From contig JAUCCW010000002.1 of NCBI GenBank assembly GCA_034675825.1, positions 3,334,205 to 3,398,204 of the forward strand: a DNA stretch of 64,000 nucleotides. Reading direction: 5' to 3'. The stretch comes from Thauera sp. GTDB taxonomy: Bacteria > Pseudomonadota > Gammaproteobacteria > Burkholderiales > Rhodocyclaceae. The translations under genes were made by a program, and so were the position numbers. The stretch's first letter is position 1, and each line of letters begins with the position of its first letter. Positions 24,563 through 38,270 of the stretch are shown one piece after another. Under the pieces are notes generated by a model. That model was not told the origin of the DNA. It was given only the letters and a program-made list of their open reading frames with translations, and did no database searches.

Positions 24563-25835
24563 ATGAAGATGACCCAGAACAGCTTACTCTCTTGCGACCC
24601 CATCGATGCCCGTCCGCGCGCGCGGCGCCTGACGCGAGCCGTCACCGTCGGTCGCGTACCTGTCGGTGGCGGTGCCCCGGTCGTGGTGCAGTCTATGACC
24701 AACACCGACACCGCCGACGTGCTTGGCACGGCGATGCAGGTTGCCGAGCTCGCGCGCGCGGGCTCCGAGCTGGTGCGAATCACGGGTAAACAATGAGGCC
24801 GCCGCCCGCGCGGTGCCGCATATCCGTGACCGTCTGCTGGCGCTGAACATGGACGTGCCCCTGGTGGGTGATTTCCACTACAACGGTCACAAGCTGCTGA
24901 GCGACTTTCCCGCCTGCGCCGAGGCGCTTGCCAAGTTTCGCATCAACCCGGGCAATGTGGGCTCGGGCGCCAAGCGCGATCCACAGTTCGCGGCTATCGT
25001 CGAACTCGCTTGCCGCTACGACAAGCCGGTTCGCATCGGCGTGAACTGGGGCAGTCTCGACCCGTCGGTGCTGGCGCGCATCATGGACGAGAATGCAGGT
25101 CGAACCGAGCCGCGTGACGCCGGCGCGGTGATGCGCGAGGCCCTGGTGGTGTCGGCGCTGGAGTCCGCGGCCAAGGCCGAGGAGTACGGCCTGGCAGGAA
25201 GCCGCATCATCCTGTCAGCCAAGGTGTCGAGCGTGCAGGACCTGATTGCGGTGTATCGCGATCTCGCCAACCGCAGCGACTATGCGCTGCATCTGGGGCT
25301 GACCGAAGCAGGGATGGGCAGCAAGGGCATCGTCGCGTCCACGGCCGCGCTCGCCGTGCTGCTGCAGGAAGGCATCGGCGACACCATCCGCATCTCGCTG
25401 ACGCCCGAGCCGGGTGGCAGTCGTACTCAGGAAGTGGTGGTCGCGCAGGAGATTCTGCAGACCATGGGGCTGCGCGCGTTCACGCCTATGGTCACCGCCT
25501 GCCCGGGTTGCGGTCGCACCACCAGCACCTTTTTCCAGGAGCTGGCTTCGGGAATTCAGGATTACGTGCGCAAACAGATGCCGGTGTGGCGCGATCAGTA
25601 TGACGGCGTCGAAAACATGACCTTGGCGGTGATGGGTTGCGTGGTAAACGGACCCGGCGAGTCCAAACACGCCAACATCGGCATTTCGCTGCCGGGCACC
25701 GGTGAGACTCCGGCCGCGCCGGTCTATGTGGATGGCGAGAAGTTCGTCACCTTGCGCGGTGACAACATCGGCGCAGAGTTCAAGGCCATCGTGGATGACT
25801 ACGTGGCGACCAAGTACGTGAAGAAGGGCGGCTGA
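24563..25835 (+). CDS. ispG: 4-hydroxy-3-methylbut-2-enyl diphosphate synthase, +1 frameshift at about 24784-24790
   Basis: VQSMTNTDT...GSELVRIT in one frame continues as VNNEAAA...RINPGN...CPGCGRT...GCVVNGPGE in the next frame. Confidence 0.93.
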
Positions 25836-25910
25836 AGGCCGCGTCTGATCATCACGCCAGCAATGCACAACAACAGCGTACCGACGCAATAACGACAAGA
25901 TCACGCACTC

Positions 25911-27206
25911 ATGAGTCAAAGCTTGCAGGCCGTGCGCGGGATGAACGACATCCTGCCCGACGAGGCCGAAACCTGGGAATACTTCGAAGACATCGTGCGC
26001 GACTGGCTGCAAAGCTACGGCTATCGCCCGATCCGCATGCCCATCGTCGAACCGACGCCCTTGTTCAAGCGCGCGATCGGTGAAGTGACCGACATCGTCG
26101 AGAAGGAGATGTACTCCTTCGAAGATGCCCTCAACGGCGAACAGCTGACGCTGCGCCCGGAAGGCACGGCATCCTGCGTGCGCGCTGCGATCCAGCATAA
26201 TCTGGTCGCATCCGGAGGGCCGCAGCGTCTGTATTACTACGGACCGATGTTCCGTCATGAGCGGCCACAGAAAGGGCGCTATCGTCAGTTTCACCAGATC
26301 GGGGTGGAGGCACTGGGCTATGCCGGCGCGGACACCGATGCCGAGTTGATCATGATGTGCGCCCGACTGTGGGAAGATCTCGGGGTGGAGGATGTCGCCC
26401 TCGAGATCAATTCGCTCGGTGCGCCAGAAGAGCGGGCACAGCATCGCGCTGCGCTCATCGACTATCTTGAGCAGCATCAGGACAAGCTCGACGAGGATGG
26501 CAAGCGTCGCCTGCACACCAATCCGCTGCGCATCCTCGACACCAAGAACCCCGACTTGCAGGCAGTCGTTGACGCTGCGCCCCGGCTTGCCGATTACCTC
26601 GGGGAGGCTTCGCGTGCTCACTTTCAGACGTTGCAGGTCTTCCTCAAGGACGCGGGAATTCCTTACCGTATCAACCATCGACTGGTGCGCGGGCTCGATT
26701 ATTACAACCACACCGTGTTCGAATGGGTGACGACGCGCCTTGGGGCGCAGGGCACGATCTGCGCCGGTGGCCGTTACGATGGGCTGGTGGAGCAACTCGG
26801 CGGCAAGCCCCAGCCGGCGGCGGGCTTTGCGATCGGCATCGAGCGCCTGCTGATGTTGTGGCAGGCCGGAGGGGGCGTGGCTGAACGACCGGTGGTGGAC
26901 GCTTACGTCGTTCACATGGGCGAAGCCGCGGGACGGTTGGCTTTCCGCGCGGCCGAGGCCTTGCGCGAACACGGCTTTGCCGCAATCCTGCATTGCGGCG
27001 GCGGCAGCTTCAAGTCGCAGATGAAGAAGGCCGACAGCAGCGGCGCGCCAGTGGCGGTCGTGATCGGTGAAGACGAGGCGAAGGCGGGCGAAGTGGGGCT
27101 CAAGCCCTTGCGCGGTCCGGGCGCTCAGCAGCGCGTGGCGCTCGCGGCGCTGACCGAGGCAATGGCCGGGCTACTTTACGGCGACGATGACGAAGGGGTT
27201 GAGTGA
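25911..27206 (+). CDS. hisS: histidine--tRNA ligase
   Basis: [38 protein letters not shown]. Confidence 0.98.
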   Translation: MSQSLQAVRGMNDILPDEAETWEYFEDIVRDWLQSYGYRPIRMPIVEPTPLFKRAIGEVTDIVEKEMYSFEDALNGEQLTLRPEGTASCVRAAIQHNLVASGGPQRLYYYGPMFRHERPQKGRYRQFHQIGVEALGYAGADTDAELIMMCARLWEDLGVEDVALEINSLGAPEERAQHRAALIDYLEQHQDKLDEDGKRRLHTNPLRILDTKNPDLQAVVDAAPRLADYLGEASRAHFQTLQVFLKDAGIPYRINHRLVRGLDYYNHTVFEWVTTRLGAQGTICAGGRYDGLVEQLGGKPQPAAGFAIGIERLLMLWQAGGGVAERPVVDAYVVHMGEAAGRLAFRAAEALREHGFAAILHCGGGSFKSQMKKADSSGAPVAVVIGEDEAKAGEVGLKPLRGPGAQQRVALAALTEAMAGLLYGDDDEGVE

Positions 27207-27850
27207 TGGCGGTGTATGACCTTGAAGAGCAGGAGCAGATTTCCGAGCTCAAGGCGTGGTGGGCACAACACGGCAATCTGGTGACGACGATCGCCGTGAT
27301 TGCCGCGCTGGCCTCGGTCGGTTGGCAGGGCTGGCAGTGGTATCAGAACCGCAATGCGGCCGAAGCCGGTGCACTGTATTTCGCGGTGCAGCAGGCGGCT
27401 GAGCAGCAGCAGCCACAAAAGACGCGCGACGCCGCTGGCCGCCTGATCGGTGAGCATCCGGGAAGCGCCTATGCCCAACTGGCGGCCTTGCTGTCGGCTG
27501 GCACTCAGTTCCGCGCGGGTGATCTCGACAATGCGCAATCCCAACTCGAGTGGGCAGCGGACAAGGGCAAGGACCCGGCATTGCGCGATCTCGCACGCCT
27601 GCGTCTGGCAACCGTGTTGCTGCAAAAAGGCGACTTCGACTCCGCGCTGATGCGTCTCCAGACCGAACCGTCGACAACGTACAGGGCGCGCTTTGCCGAC
27701 CTGCGTGGCGATGTCTATGCGGCGCAGGGCAAGATGGCTGAGGCGCGCACTGCTTATCAGGCCGCCGTTGATGTGCTGTCCAGCGCTGGCGAACAGGCCA
27801 CGACCCTGCGCGAAGTGGTGCGCGTGAAACTCGAATCCCTCGAAGGCTGA
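27206..27850 (+). CDS. yfgM: YfgM family TPR membrane protein
   Basis: YDLEEQEQISELKAWW; position between hisS and bamB. Confidence 0.9.
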   Translation: MAVYDLEEQEQISELKAWWAQHGNLVTTIAVIAALASVGWQGWQWYQNRNAAEAGALYFAVQQAAEQQQPQKTRDAAGRLIGEHPGSAYAQLAALLSAGTQFRAGDLDNAQSQLEWAADKGKDPALRDLARLRLATVLLQKGDFDSALMRLQTEPSTTYRARFADLRGDVYAAQGKMAEARTAYQAAVDVLSSAGEQATTLREVVRVKLESLEG

Positions 27851-27853
27851 CCG

Positions 27854-29011
27854 ATGAAGCTTGCTTCCCTGCGTGTTGTACCGCTCCTGGCCATGCTGCT
27901 GCTGGGCGCTGGCTGCGCGTCCCTGAACCCCTTTGCCAGCAGCAAGCCCAAACCCGCAGAACTGGTTGACTTCAAGCCCAGTGTTGAACTGGTTGCGCTG
28001 TGGCGAGCCGACATTGGTGAGGCCGGCCCCTACCTTTTCGAGCCTGCGGTGGTGGGCGACAGCGTCTATGCCGCCGGCGAAGACGGCGATGTCGCGCGCT
28101 TCGAGGGTGGGCGCCAAGTGTGGCGGACGGATGCCGATACAGGCCTGTCCGCCGGCGTCGGCGCTGACCGTAGCCTTGCGGTCGTGGTTACGACGAGCGG
28201 CATTGCGATCGCCTACGATGCCGACACCGGCAGTGAGCGCTGGCGGTCGACGATTGGCGCCGAGGTGCTTGCTCAGCCGGCGGTTGCGGCTGATCTCGTG
28301 GTATTGCGCGCCTCGGACAATCGCCTGATTGCACTCAATGCGGGCGACGGCAGCCGGCGCTGGGTATATCAGCGTGCCAACCCGCCGCTGGCCTTGCGCA
28401 ATTTCTCGGGTGTCGTGCTCGAGGGTAATCTTGTGCTGGCCGGATTCCCGGGCGGCAAGCTGGTCGTGATCAATGCCGCCAATGGCGGTGCCATCACCGA
28501 ACTGTCAGTGGCGGCGCCGCGGGGGTTGACCGAGCTCGAGCGTGTTGCCGATGTGGCAGGCACCCCGGTCGTCGGTCGGCGCGAGGTGTGTGCGGTCACC
28601 TATCAGGGGCGTGCAGCCTGTTTCGATGCCAGCAACGGCAACGCGCTGTGGTCGCGTGAGTTCTCCAGCAGCGTCGGCATGGATCGTGATGCACGCTTTG
28701 CGGTGCTCACCGACGATCGTGATGCGGTGCACGCGCTCGACGTCTATAGCGGCGCCAGCGTGTGGAAGCAAGATGCGATGGCCAGACGTGCGGTATCGCG
28801 GCCACTGCTCATTGGCGATCATGTCGTGGTTGGCGATCTCGAAGGTTATGTGCACGTGCTGAACCGGGATTCTGGGGCTTTTGCCGCACGTGAACGTGCG
28901 GGCGACGGTCCCTTGTCGGCACCTCCGCGTGCGTATGGACGCGGTTTCGTCGTGCAGGGACGCGACGGCGAGATCACCGCCTATGAACTACGTCAAGGCG
29001 GAAACCCTTAA
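27854..29011 (+). CDS. bamB: outer membrane protein assembly factor BamB
   Basis: Lipobox GAGC, PQQ-like beta-propeller repeats, ELERVADV. Confidence 0.93.
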   Translation: MKLASLRVVPLLAMLLLGAGCASLNPFASSKPKPAELVDFKPSVELVALWRADIGEAGPYLFEPAVVGDSVYAAGEDGDVARFEGGRQVWRTDADTGLSAGVGADRSLAVVVTTSGIAIAYDADTGSERWRSTIGAEVLAQPAVAADLVVLRASDNRLIALNAGDGSRRWVYQRANPPLALRNFSGVVLEGNLVLAGFPGGKLVVINAANGGAITELSVAAPRGLTELERVADVAGTPVVGRREVCAVTYQGRAACFDASNGNALWSREFSSSVGMDRDARFAVLTDDRDAVHALDVYSGASVWKQDAMARRAVSRPLLIGDHVVVGDLEGYVHVLNRDSGAFAARERAGDGPLSAPPRAYGRGFVVQGRDGEITAYELRQGGNP

Positions 29012-30340
29012 GTGAAACCTACCATCGTCCTCGTCGGCCGGCCTAATGTCGGCAAGTCGACCCTGTTCAACCGCCTCACCCGCTCGCGCGACGCCCTCGT
29101 CGCCGACCAGCCCGGTCTGACGCGTGATCGACACTACGGCATTGGCCGTGTGGGTGATCGTGACTATCTGGTCGTCGATACCGCCGGTTTCGACCCCGTC
29201 GCCAAGGAAGGCATCATGCACGAGATGGCGCGGCAGGCCGAGCAAGCCATTGCCGAGGCCGACGTGCTGCTGTTCCTGGTCGATGGTCGTGCCGGTCGCA
29301 CGCCTCATGACGAGCATATCGCCGCCCGCCTGCGGCGTGCAGGACGGCCGGTGCATCTGGTCGTCAACAAGGCCGAAGGCCTCGACCGTGCAATTGTTGC
29401 GGCCGATTTTCACGCCCTTGGCCTGGGCGATCCGTTGCCGGTGTCCGCCGCGCATGGCGATGGCATCAAGCAGCTGGTCGAAATCGTGCTCGACACCCTG
29501 CCGCCCGATGGCGACAAGGAGTCCACTGACGACGACGGCCCCAAGGTCGCAATCGTAGGCCGGCCCAATGTCGGCAAATCGACGCTGGTCAATACCTTGC
29601 TCGGCGAAGAACGCGTGATTGCCTTTGACTTGCCCGGGACGACGCGCGATGCGATCTCGATTCCGTTCGAGCGTGGCGGCAAGCGTTACACGTTGATCGA
29701 CACAGCCGGTCTGCGTCGCCGCGGCAAGGTGTTCGAGGCGGTGGAAAAATTCTCCGTGATCAAGACCCTGCAGGCGATTCAGGAGGCGAACGTGATCGTC
29801 CTTGTGCTCGACGCCGCGCAGGACATCTCCGATCAGGACGCACATATCGCCGGCTTTGCGCTCGAGGCTGGACGCGCGCTGGTGGTGGGCATCAACAAGT
29901 GGGACGCGGTGGACGAATACCAGCGCGAGCGGTTGAAGTTGGAAATTGCGCGTAAGCTCGCCTTCCTGGGCTTTGCGCGCTTTCATCAGATATCGGCACT
30001 CAAGTCGCAGGGCATCGCTGGTTTGCTGAAATCGGTCGATGCCGCCTATGCCGCCGCGACCACCAATCTGCCGACGCCGCAGCTGACGCGCATCTTGCAG
30101 CAGGCGGTGGCACGCCAGACTCCGCCGCGTCATGGCATGGCGCGGCCCAAGATGCGCTACGCCCATCAAGGCGGCATGAACCCACCTGTCATCGTGATCC
30201 ATGGCAATGCGCTCGAGTCCATACCCGCTTCCTACATGCGTTATCTCGAGCGTTGCTTCATGGAAGCCTTCAAGCTCCAGGGCACGCCCTTGCGCATCCA
30301 GTTCCGTACCGCACACAATCCTTACGCCACACGGGATTGA
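29012..30340 (+). CDS. der: ribosome biogenesis GTPase Der
   Basis: Two GRPNVGKS P-loops, TRD, DTAG, NKxD. Confidence 0.98.
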   Translation: MKPTIVLVGRPNVGKSTLFNRLTRSRDALVADQPGLTRDRHYGIGRVGDRDYLVVDTAGFDPVAKEGIMHEMARQAEQAIAEADVLLFLVDGRAGRTPHDEHIAARLRRAGRPVHLVVNKAEGLDRAIVAADFHALGLGDPLPVSAAHGDGIKQLVEIVLDTLPPDGDKESTDDDGPKVAIVGRPNVGKSTLVNTLLGEERVIAFDLPGTTRDAISIPFERGGKRYTLIDTAGLRRRGKVFEAVEKFSVIKTLQAIQEANVIVLVLDAAQDISDQDAHIAGFALEAGRALVVGINKWDAVDEYQRERLKLEIARKLAFLGFARFHQISALKSQGIAGLLKSVDAAYAAATTNLPTPQLTRILQQAVARQTPPRHGMARPKMRYAHQGGMNPPVIVIHGNALESIPASYMRYLERCFMEAFKLQGTPLRIQFRTAHNPYATRD

Positions 30341-30455
30341 TTGCGCGCAGGTCAAGAACCCATTTCCACACCCGGGTTTGGATGCATACTGCGATGTGGC
30401 AGTGCAGCATCAAATCCGTTACATTCTTATAAACAGAAAATAAAGAGGTTCACAC

Positions 30456-30692
30456 ATGAGTAACAAAGGGCAACTTCTACAAGACCCGTTTCTGAATACG
30501 CTGCGCCGCGAACACATTCCGGTGTCGATCTACCTGGTCAATGGCATCAAACTCCAGGGTCAGGTCGAATCCTTTGACCAGTACGTCGTGCTGCTGAAGA
30601 ACACGGTCACGCAGATGGTCTACAAGCACGCCATCTCCACCGTGGTTCCCGCACGTCCGGTCGTAATTCAACAGCAGGAAGAAGGCAACTGA
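30456..30692 (+). CDS. hfq: RNA chaperone Hfq
   Basis: LQDPFLN...[10 protein letters not shown]...YKHAIST. Confidence 0.99.
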   Translation: MSNKGQLLQDPFLNTLRREHIPVSIYLVNGIKLQGQVESFDQYVVLLKNTVTQMVYKHAISTVVPARPVVIQQQEEGN

Positions 30693-30743
30693 GTTCCGTG
30701 CCTATCGTTTGTGGCCGACTGAGCTCGGCCATCGGGGGTGTCC

Positions 30744-31914
30744 ATGTTTGAACGCCCCGCATCCGGAGAGCGCGCTGTTCTGGTCCAGCTTGACCTTGGG
30801 CAGGACCTCATCGACGAGCGCCTGTCCGAGCTAAAGCTGCTGGTGCTGAGCGCCGGTGCAAGTGTAGAGGCCGTGGTGCAAGGCAAGCGCTCCGCGCCCG
30901 ATGCCAAACTTTTTGCCGGTAGCGGAAAGGTTCAGGAGATCGGCGAGGCCTTGCGTGCACACGAGGCCGATATCGTGGTCTTCAATCATGTCCTGGCGCC
31001 CGGTCAGCAACGCAATCTCGAGCGCGTGCTGGAGTGCATGGTGATCGACCGCACGGCGCTGATCCTCGACATTTTTGCTCAACGTGCGCGCAGCCATGAG
31101 GGCAAGCTGCAAGTTGAACTCGCCCAGCTAGAGCACCTGTCCACGCGCCTGGTGCGAGGTTGGACTCACCTTGAGCGTCAAAAGGGCGGCATCGGCTTGC
31201 GTGGTCCGGGTGAGAAGCAGCTCGAGACCGACCGTCGTCTGCTGGGCAATCGGGTGAAGATGCTCAAGCAGCGTCTCGCCCAGATGGAGAAGCAGCGCAA
31301 AATTCGTCGTCGCGCCCGGGAACGTCGTGATGTTCTGTCGGTCTCTTTGGTCGGCTACACGAATGCGGGCAAGTTCGACCTTGTTCAATGCGCTGACGAA
31401 GGCCGGGGCCTATGCGGCCGACCAGCTTTTCGCCACGCTCGACACGACTTCGCGCAAGCTTTATGTCGGTGGTGCAAACGTGGTGTTGTCAGACACGGTC
31501 GGCTTTATCCGCGACCTTCCGCATGCGCTTGTCGCTGCTTTTCGGGCGACACTGGAAGAGACGGTGCTGGCCGATATCGTGCTGCATGTCGTCGATTCGG
31601 CCAGCGAAGATCGCGACGCTCAGATTGAAGCGGTCAATAAGGTTCTGGTCGAGATCGGTGCCGCTCAGGTGCCGCAGATTCTAGTGTGGAACAAGATCGA
31701 CCTTACGGCCGCCGAGCCGGTGGTCGAGCGCGATGACTGTGGTAGCATTCGGCGCGTTTTTTTGAGCGCCAGAACGGGTGAAGGTCTTGATCTGCTTCGC
31801 GAGGTTCTCGCCGAGTTGGCTCAAAAGACCTTTCCTGAAGATGCCGACCGCGATTCCGGTACGGTGGTAGAGCTTCCTTTCAATCCTGATTACGGGCATT
31901 CGAATGTCACTTAA
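30744..31914 (+). CDS. hflX: GTPase HflX, +1 frameshift at about 31374-31375
   Basis: EGKLQVELAQL, GPGEKQLE, VGYTNAGK in frame 1, then STLFN...LFATLD...DTVGFI...NKID in the next frame. Confidence 0.93.
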
Positions 31915-33190
31915 CGACCCCCGTTGGGGCGGCCAAGGCGGCCAAAGCGGTGATGGCGACCGCGACCGCGACCGCAACGACGGTCAGCGCGAAGGCAATC
32001 GCGGCAATAACCAGGGACCTCCCGATCTGGAGGAAGTCTGGCGCGATTTTAATCAACGCATCTCGGGCATGTTCGGCGGCAAACGTCAGAACCGTGGACC
32101 AGGCGGCGGCGGAGGTGGGGGCGGTCCACAGCTGCCCAACTTCTCGTTCAAGCAGTTCGGCGGCGGTCTCGGTGTGCTGTTTGCACTCGTTGCGGTGGTG
32201 TGGGCGGCGAGCGGTTTCTATACGGTCGATGCCAACCAGCGTGGTGTCGTGCTGCGTCTGGGTGAATACGCCGAGACCACCGAACCCGGCCTGCGCTGGC
32301 GGCTGCCCTTCCCCTTCGAATCGCACGAGCTCGTGGACTTGACCGGGGTGCGTACGGTTGAGGTCGGCTATCGCGGCTCTGAACGCAACAAGATGCTGCG
32401 CGAATCGCTGATGCTGACCGATGACGAGAACATCATCAACATTCAGTTTGCTGTCCAGTACGTGCTCAACAGCCCGGAAAACTACATCTTCAACAATCGT
32501 TTTCCGGATGAGTCGGTTGCCCAGGTCGCCGAAACCGCGATGCGCGAGATCGTGGGCAAGAGCCGCATGGACTTCGTGCTCTACGAGGGGCGTGAAGAAA
32601 TTGCCTCGACCGCGCATGAGTTGATGCAGCGCGTTCTCGATCGCTACGATACCGGCATCCAGATCAGCCGCGTCACGATGCAGAACGCACAGCCACCCGA
32701 GCAGGTGCAGTCCGCGTTTGATGACGCCGTGAAAGCGGGTCAGGATAGGGAGCGGCAAAAGAACGAGGGTGAAGCCTACGCCAACGATGTCATTCCGCGG
32801 GCGCGGGGTACGGCCTCGCGTCTGATCGAGGAGGCGAATGCCTACCGCGAACGTGTGGTGGCCAATGCCGAAGGTGAGGCTAGCCGCTTTGATCAGGTGT
32901 ATGTCGAGTTCAGCCGTGCGCCCGAGGTGACCCGCGAGCGCATGTACATCGAGACCATGCAGGAAGTGATGTCCAATACCTCCAAGGTCATGATCGATGC
33001 GAAAGACAGCGGCAACCTCATGCTGCTGCCGCTCGACAAGTTGATGCAGCAGGCTGGGACGTCATCGAAGGCTGCTGCTGATTCACCGGAGTCGCAGTCG
33101 GCTGCCGCCTTGGGTTCGAATGCGCCTACGCTGGATTCCGATCCGCGTAATCGCGATCTGATGCGTAGCCGTGAGCGGGGAGAGCGTTGA
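31904..33190 (+). CDS. hflK: FtsH modulator HflK
   Basis: MSLNDPRWG, GPPDLEEVW, LMLTDDENI, VIPRARG. Confidence 0.97.
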   Translation: MSLNDPRWGGQGGQSGDGDRDRDRNDGQREGNRGNNQGPPDLEEVWRDFNQRISGMFGGKRQNRGPGGGGGGGGPQLPNFSFKQFGGGLGVLFALVAVVWAASGFYTVDANQRGVVLRLGEYAETTEPGLRWRLPFPFESHELVDLTGVRTVEVGYRGSERNKMLRESLMLTDDENIINIQFAVQYVLNSPENYIFNNRFPDESVAQVAETAMREIVGKSRMDFVLYEGREEIASTAHELMQRVLDRYDTGIQISRVTMQNAQPPEQVQSAFDDAVKAGQDRERQKNEGEAYANDVIPRARGTASRLIEEANAYRERVVANAEGEASRFDQVYVEFSRAPEVTRERMYIETMQEVMSNTSKVMIDAKDSGNLMLLPLDKLMQQAGTSSKAAADSPESQSAAALGSNAPTLDSDPRNRDLMRSRERGER

Positions 33191-34072
33191 TGCGTGACAA
33201 GTTTTCTCTATTCGGCGGGGCCTTGGTCCTCGCCGTGGTGGTTGCCTCGGCGTCGCTGTTTACCCGTCGATCAGCGTCAGTATGCAATCGTGTTCCAGCT
33301 TGGTGAGATCAAGGAGGTCATTTCCGATCCGGGCCTGAACTTCAAGCTGCCCTTGATTCAGAACGTGCGCTATTTCGACAAGCGCATCCTGACCATGGAT
33401 ACCGCAGAGCCCGAGCGTTTCATCACGTCCGAGAAGAAGAACGTGCTGGTGGACCACTTCGTCAAGTGGCGCATCGTCGATCCGCGGCTGTATTACGTGT
33501 CGGTCGCAGGTGACGAGGCGCGTGCTCGCACCCGACTCGCGCAGACGGTCAATTCGGGCCTGCGTGAAGAGTTCGGCCGCCGCACCGTGCACGACGTCGT
33601 GTCAGGTGAGCGTGATCTCATCATGGATCAGATGCGCGAGCGCGCTGACCGCGATGCCAGGACCATCGGCGTGCAGATTGTGGATGTGCGCCTCAAGCGC
33701 GTCGATCTGCCCAACGAGGTTTCCGAGTCGGTCTATCGCCGCATGGAGGCGGAGCGCAAGCGCGTTGCCAACGAGTTGCGTTCGCAGGGCGCGGCGGAGG
33801 CCGAGAAGATTCGCGCCGATGCTGATCGTCAGCGCGAGGTGATCGTGGCCGAGGCTTACCGGACGTCTCAGCAGGTCAAGGGTGAAGGCGATGCGAAAGC
33901 GACGTCCACCTATGCCGATGCCTTCGGCAAGAGCCCGGAGTTCTATTCCTTCTACCGCAGCCTGGAGGCGTACCGCGCGAGCTTTGCCGGCAAGTCCAAC
34001 GTGCTGGTGGTGGATCCGAGTTCCGACTTCTTTCGTTTCATGAAGGACGCCGGAGGCGCGCCAAGGAACTGA
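33190..34072 (+). CDS. hflC: FtsH modulator HflC, +1 frameshift at about 33263-33265
   Basis: ATG 33190 MRDKFSLFGGALVLAVVVASASLFT continues as VDQRQYAIVFQLG... in the next frame; EKKNVLVD, RMEAERKR. Confidence 0.93.
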
Positions 34073-34079
34073 GCTTCTT

Positions 34080-34265
34080 ATGGGGTCCTCGTTGTTGACT
34101 GCCCTCGCGCTGATGTTGATCATCGAGGGCATCCTCCCTTTCGTCGCGCCAGCAGCCTGGCGACAGACTTTTCTACGCCTCGCCAGCATGGCTGATGGTC
34201 AGATCCGCTTTATCGGACTGAGCTCGATGCTGGCGGGCGTGATACTCCTTTTTGTCTTGAGCTGA
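34080..34265 (+). CDS. DUF2065 family small membrane protein
   Basis: [11 protein letters not shown]...LRFIGL pattern; conserved position after hflC. Confidence 0.88.
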   Translation: MGSSLLTALALMLIIEGILPFVAPAAWRQTFLRLASMADGQIRFIGLSSMLAGVILLFVLS

Positions 34266-34272
34266 ACCCCTC

Positions 34273-36745
<2,473 letters not shown>

Positions 36746-36979
36746 ATGCGGTGGCGGTGGGCTGTGCGGACCGCGCTGAGGTCTACACAGCTCCCGGACA
36801 AAAGCTGCATGGTTTGCGTACGTCATTGCTTTGAGCGCACGTAGCGTCAACGATCTTGCTTCGGCGCTTGTGGGCCTCGATGCGGCTGCATGCAGGGCGC
36901 GTTTTTTTTCATGGAGCCGCCTTGCGGTACTCGCGTTTGTCGGAACGAATGGCGATGTCAGTAAGCGTGAAAGTTGAGT

Positions 36980-37063
36980 GGGTGGTTTCAAGTCTGAAGT
37001 GCAACACTGGGTTGTAAGTGCAAGATTTCGCAGGCACGGACTTCAGCGGATATTTCGAAATCC
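36980..37063 (-). mobile_element. 3' remnant of an IS30-family element (transposase C-terminus plus right inverted repeat)
   Basis: Minus strand reads [24 protein letters not shown], with the stop inside GTGTTGCACTTCAGACTTGAAACCACCC; the VALQT* end overlapping the IR matches my recollection of IS1086-type IS30 elements. Confidence 0.65.
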
Positions 37064-37300
37064 TGGCCGAACCTTTTCGACCAGGGCGCCGACCTTCTCG
37101 ACGACGCCTGAGCCTTCGTGGCCGAACACGGCCGGGAAGCTGACCGGGTAGAGTTGGTCGCGACAGATCAGGTCGGTGTGGCAGAGGCCGACGCCGACCA
37201 CGCGCACCAGCACCTCGTCGTCGCGCAGTCCGTCCAGCTCGACCTCGGCCAGCTCGAATTTCCCGGATTTTTCGCCGACAACGGCGGCTTTCGTTTTCAT
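37064..37300 (-). pseudogene. truncated Zn-dependent aryl/benzyl-alcohol dehydrogenase (XylB/GeoA-like), N-terminal 79 codons only
   Basis: [31 protein letters not shown]...VRPG; homology stops at RPG where the IS30 remnant begins; family proteins are about 360-370 aa. Confidence 0.88.
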
Positions 37301-38085
37301 CGATGTTCCTCCTTGCGTGTCTGTGGCCTTGGCGGCCGCGGGATCAGTCCGGGGGTGCGCCGCCGATAGGTGCGGTAAGCGTCGCCGTGGGCGGCAATCA
37401 GATCGCGCTCCTCGAAGTAGAGGCCGATCAGGGTGTAGGCGAGCATGACGGTGGCAAACAGAAGATGACCGACACTCATCGTGGGTGTTGCCCAGAAGGC
37501 CACGATCTGGCCGAGCATGATGGGATGGCGCACCCAGCGGTAGACGGCCACCTCACGGAACTCGCTCGGCACGTGCCGATGGTCGCGGAAATAGGCAAGC
37601 GCCTGCTTGAGTCCGAGCAGTTCGAAGTGGTCGGTGAAGAAGGTTGCCGCTAGCGCCAGAATCCATCCTGAGGCGAACAGAATCCACAACACGGTTTGTG
37701 CCCAGGCGGCGTCGACCTGCCAGACGATGGTTGGCAGGGGGCGCCATTGCCACATCACGAAGGCGAGCACTGCGCTCGACAAGACAACGTAAGTGGCGCG
37801 TTCGAGGTTGGTGGGCACGTGGTGTGTCACCCATGCCTTGAAGCCAGGTCGCGCCATGAGGCTGTGCTGCACCGCGAACAGCGCGAGCAGCGTAACGTTG
37901 ATCAGTACCGCACCGGGGGCGTTCAGGGTACGTCCGGCGTCGATGGAAAAGGGAACGAGAAAGTTTCCGAGAAAACCGATGCAATAAACGACGACGACGT
38001 TGAAGGCGGTATAGGCGGCGATGCCGTAGAGCAGACCCGCCAGACGTAACGGTGCGCTGGCAGTCGAGACGCGGGAAATCGGCAT
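37297..38085 (-). CDS. mddA: methanethiol S-methyltransferase-like membrane protein (ICMT/NnrU family)
   Basis: [59 protein letters not shown]; stop overlaps the adh ATG. Confidence 0.78.
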   Translation of the reverse strand: MPISRVSTASAPLRLAGLLYGIAAYTAFNVVVVYCIGFLGNFLVPFSIDAGRTLNAPGAVLINVTLLALFAVQHSLMARPGFKAWVTHHVPTNLERATYVVLSSAVLAFVMWQWRPLPTIVWQVDAAWAQTVLWILFASGWILALAATFFTDHFELLGLKQALAYFRDHRHVPSEFREVAVYRWVRHPIMLGQIVAFWATPTMSVGHLLFATVMLAYTLIGLYFEERDLIAAHGDAYRTYRRRTPGLIPRPPRPQTRKEEHR

Positions 38086-38176
38086 GGCGGGGTTTCCAGA
38101 GGACGTTGTCACGAGACAGGGGGCAATGGCATGGGCCGCCCTCTGTCCTGTTTTGCAGCCTTTCTTCTCATCGGCA

Positions 38177-38207
38177 CCCTGCCGCCGCTCAGCGGCCGGG
38201 GTTTTTT
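38177..38207 (+). terminator. terminator-like hairpin with T tract
   Basis: GCCGC-TCA-GCGGC core stem, outer CCC/GGG pairs, followed by TTTTTT. Confidence 0.45.
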
Positions 38208-38270
38208 CAGGCGCCGCGTACCTGCATGACTGGGGCGACCTTCAGGCTAGTCGATGCCATATACATGACC

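Noticed and set aside
25215-26993. Long antisense ORFs (e.g. 592 aa here; also 21584-22738, 28988-30355, 42612-44045, 58540-59802)
   Set aside because: They are shadows of well-supported genes on the opposite strand, common in high-GC DNA, and have no family motifs.
24780-33270. Programmed ribosomal frameshifting in ispG, hflX or hflC
   Set aside because: No slippery heptamers or stimulatory structures are evident, no such recoding is known for these genes, and the uniform +1 homopolymer pattern fits sequencing error.
38177-38207. This hairpin as the group IIC intron target site
   Set aside because: It is on the wrong strand and at the 3' side of the intron; the hairpin at 38816-38836 fits instead.
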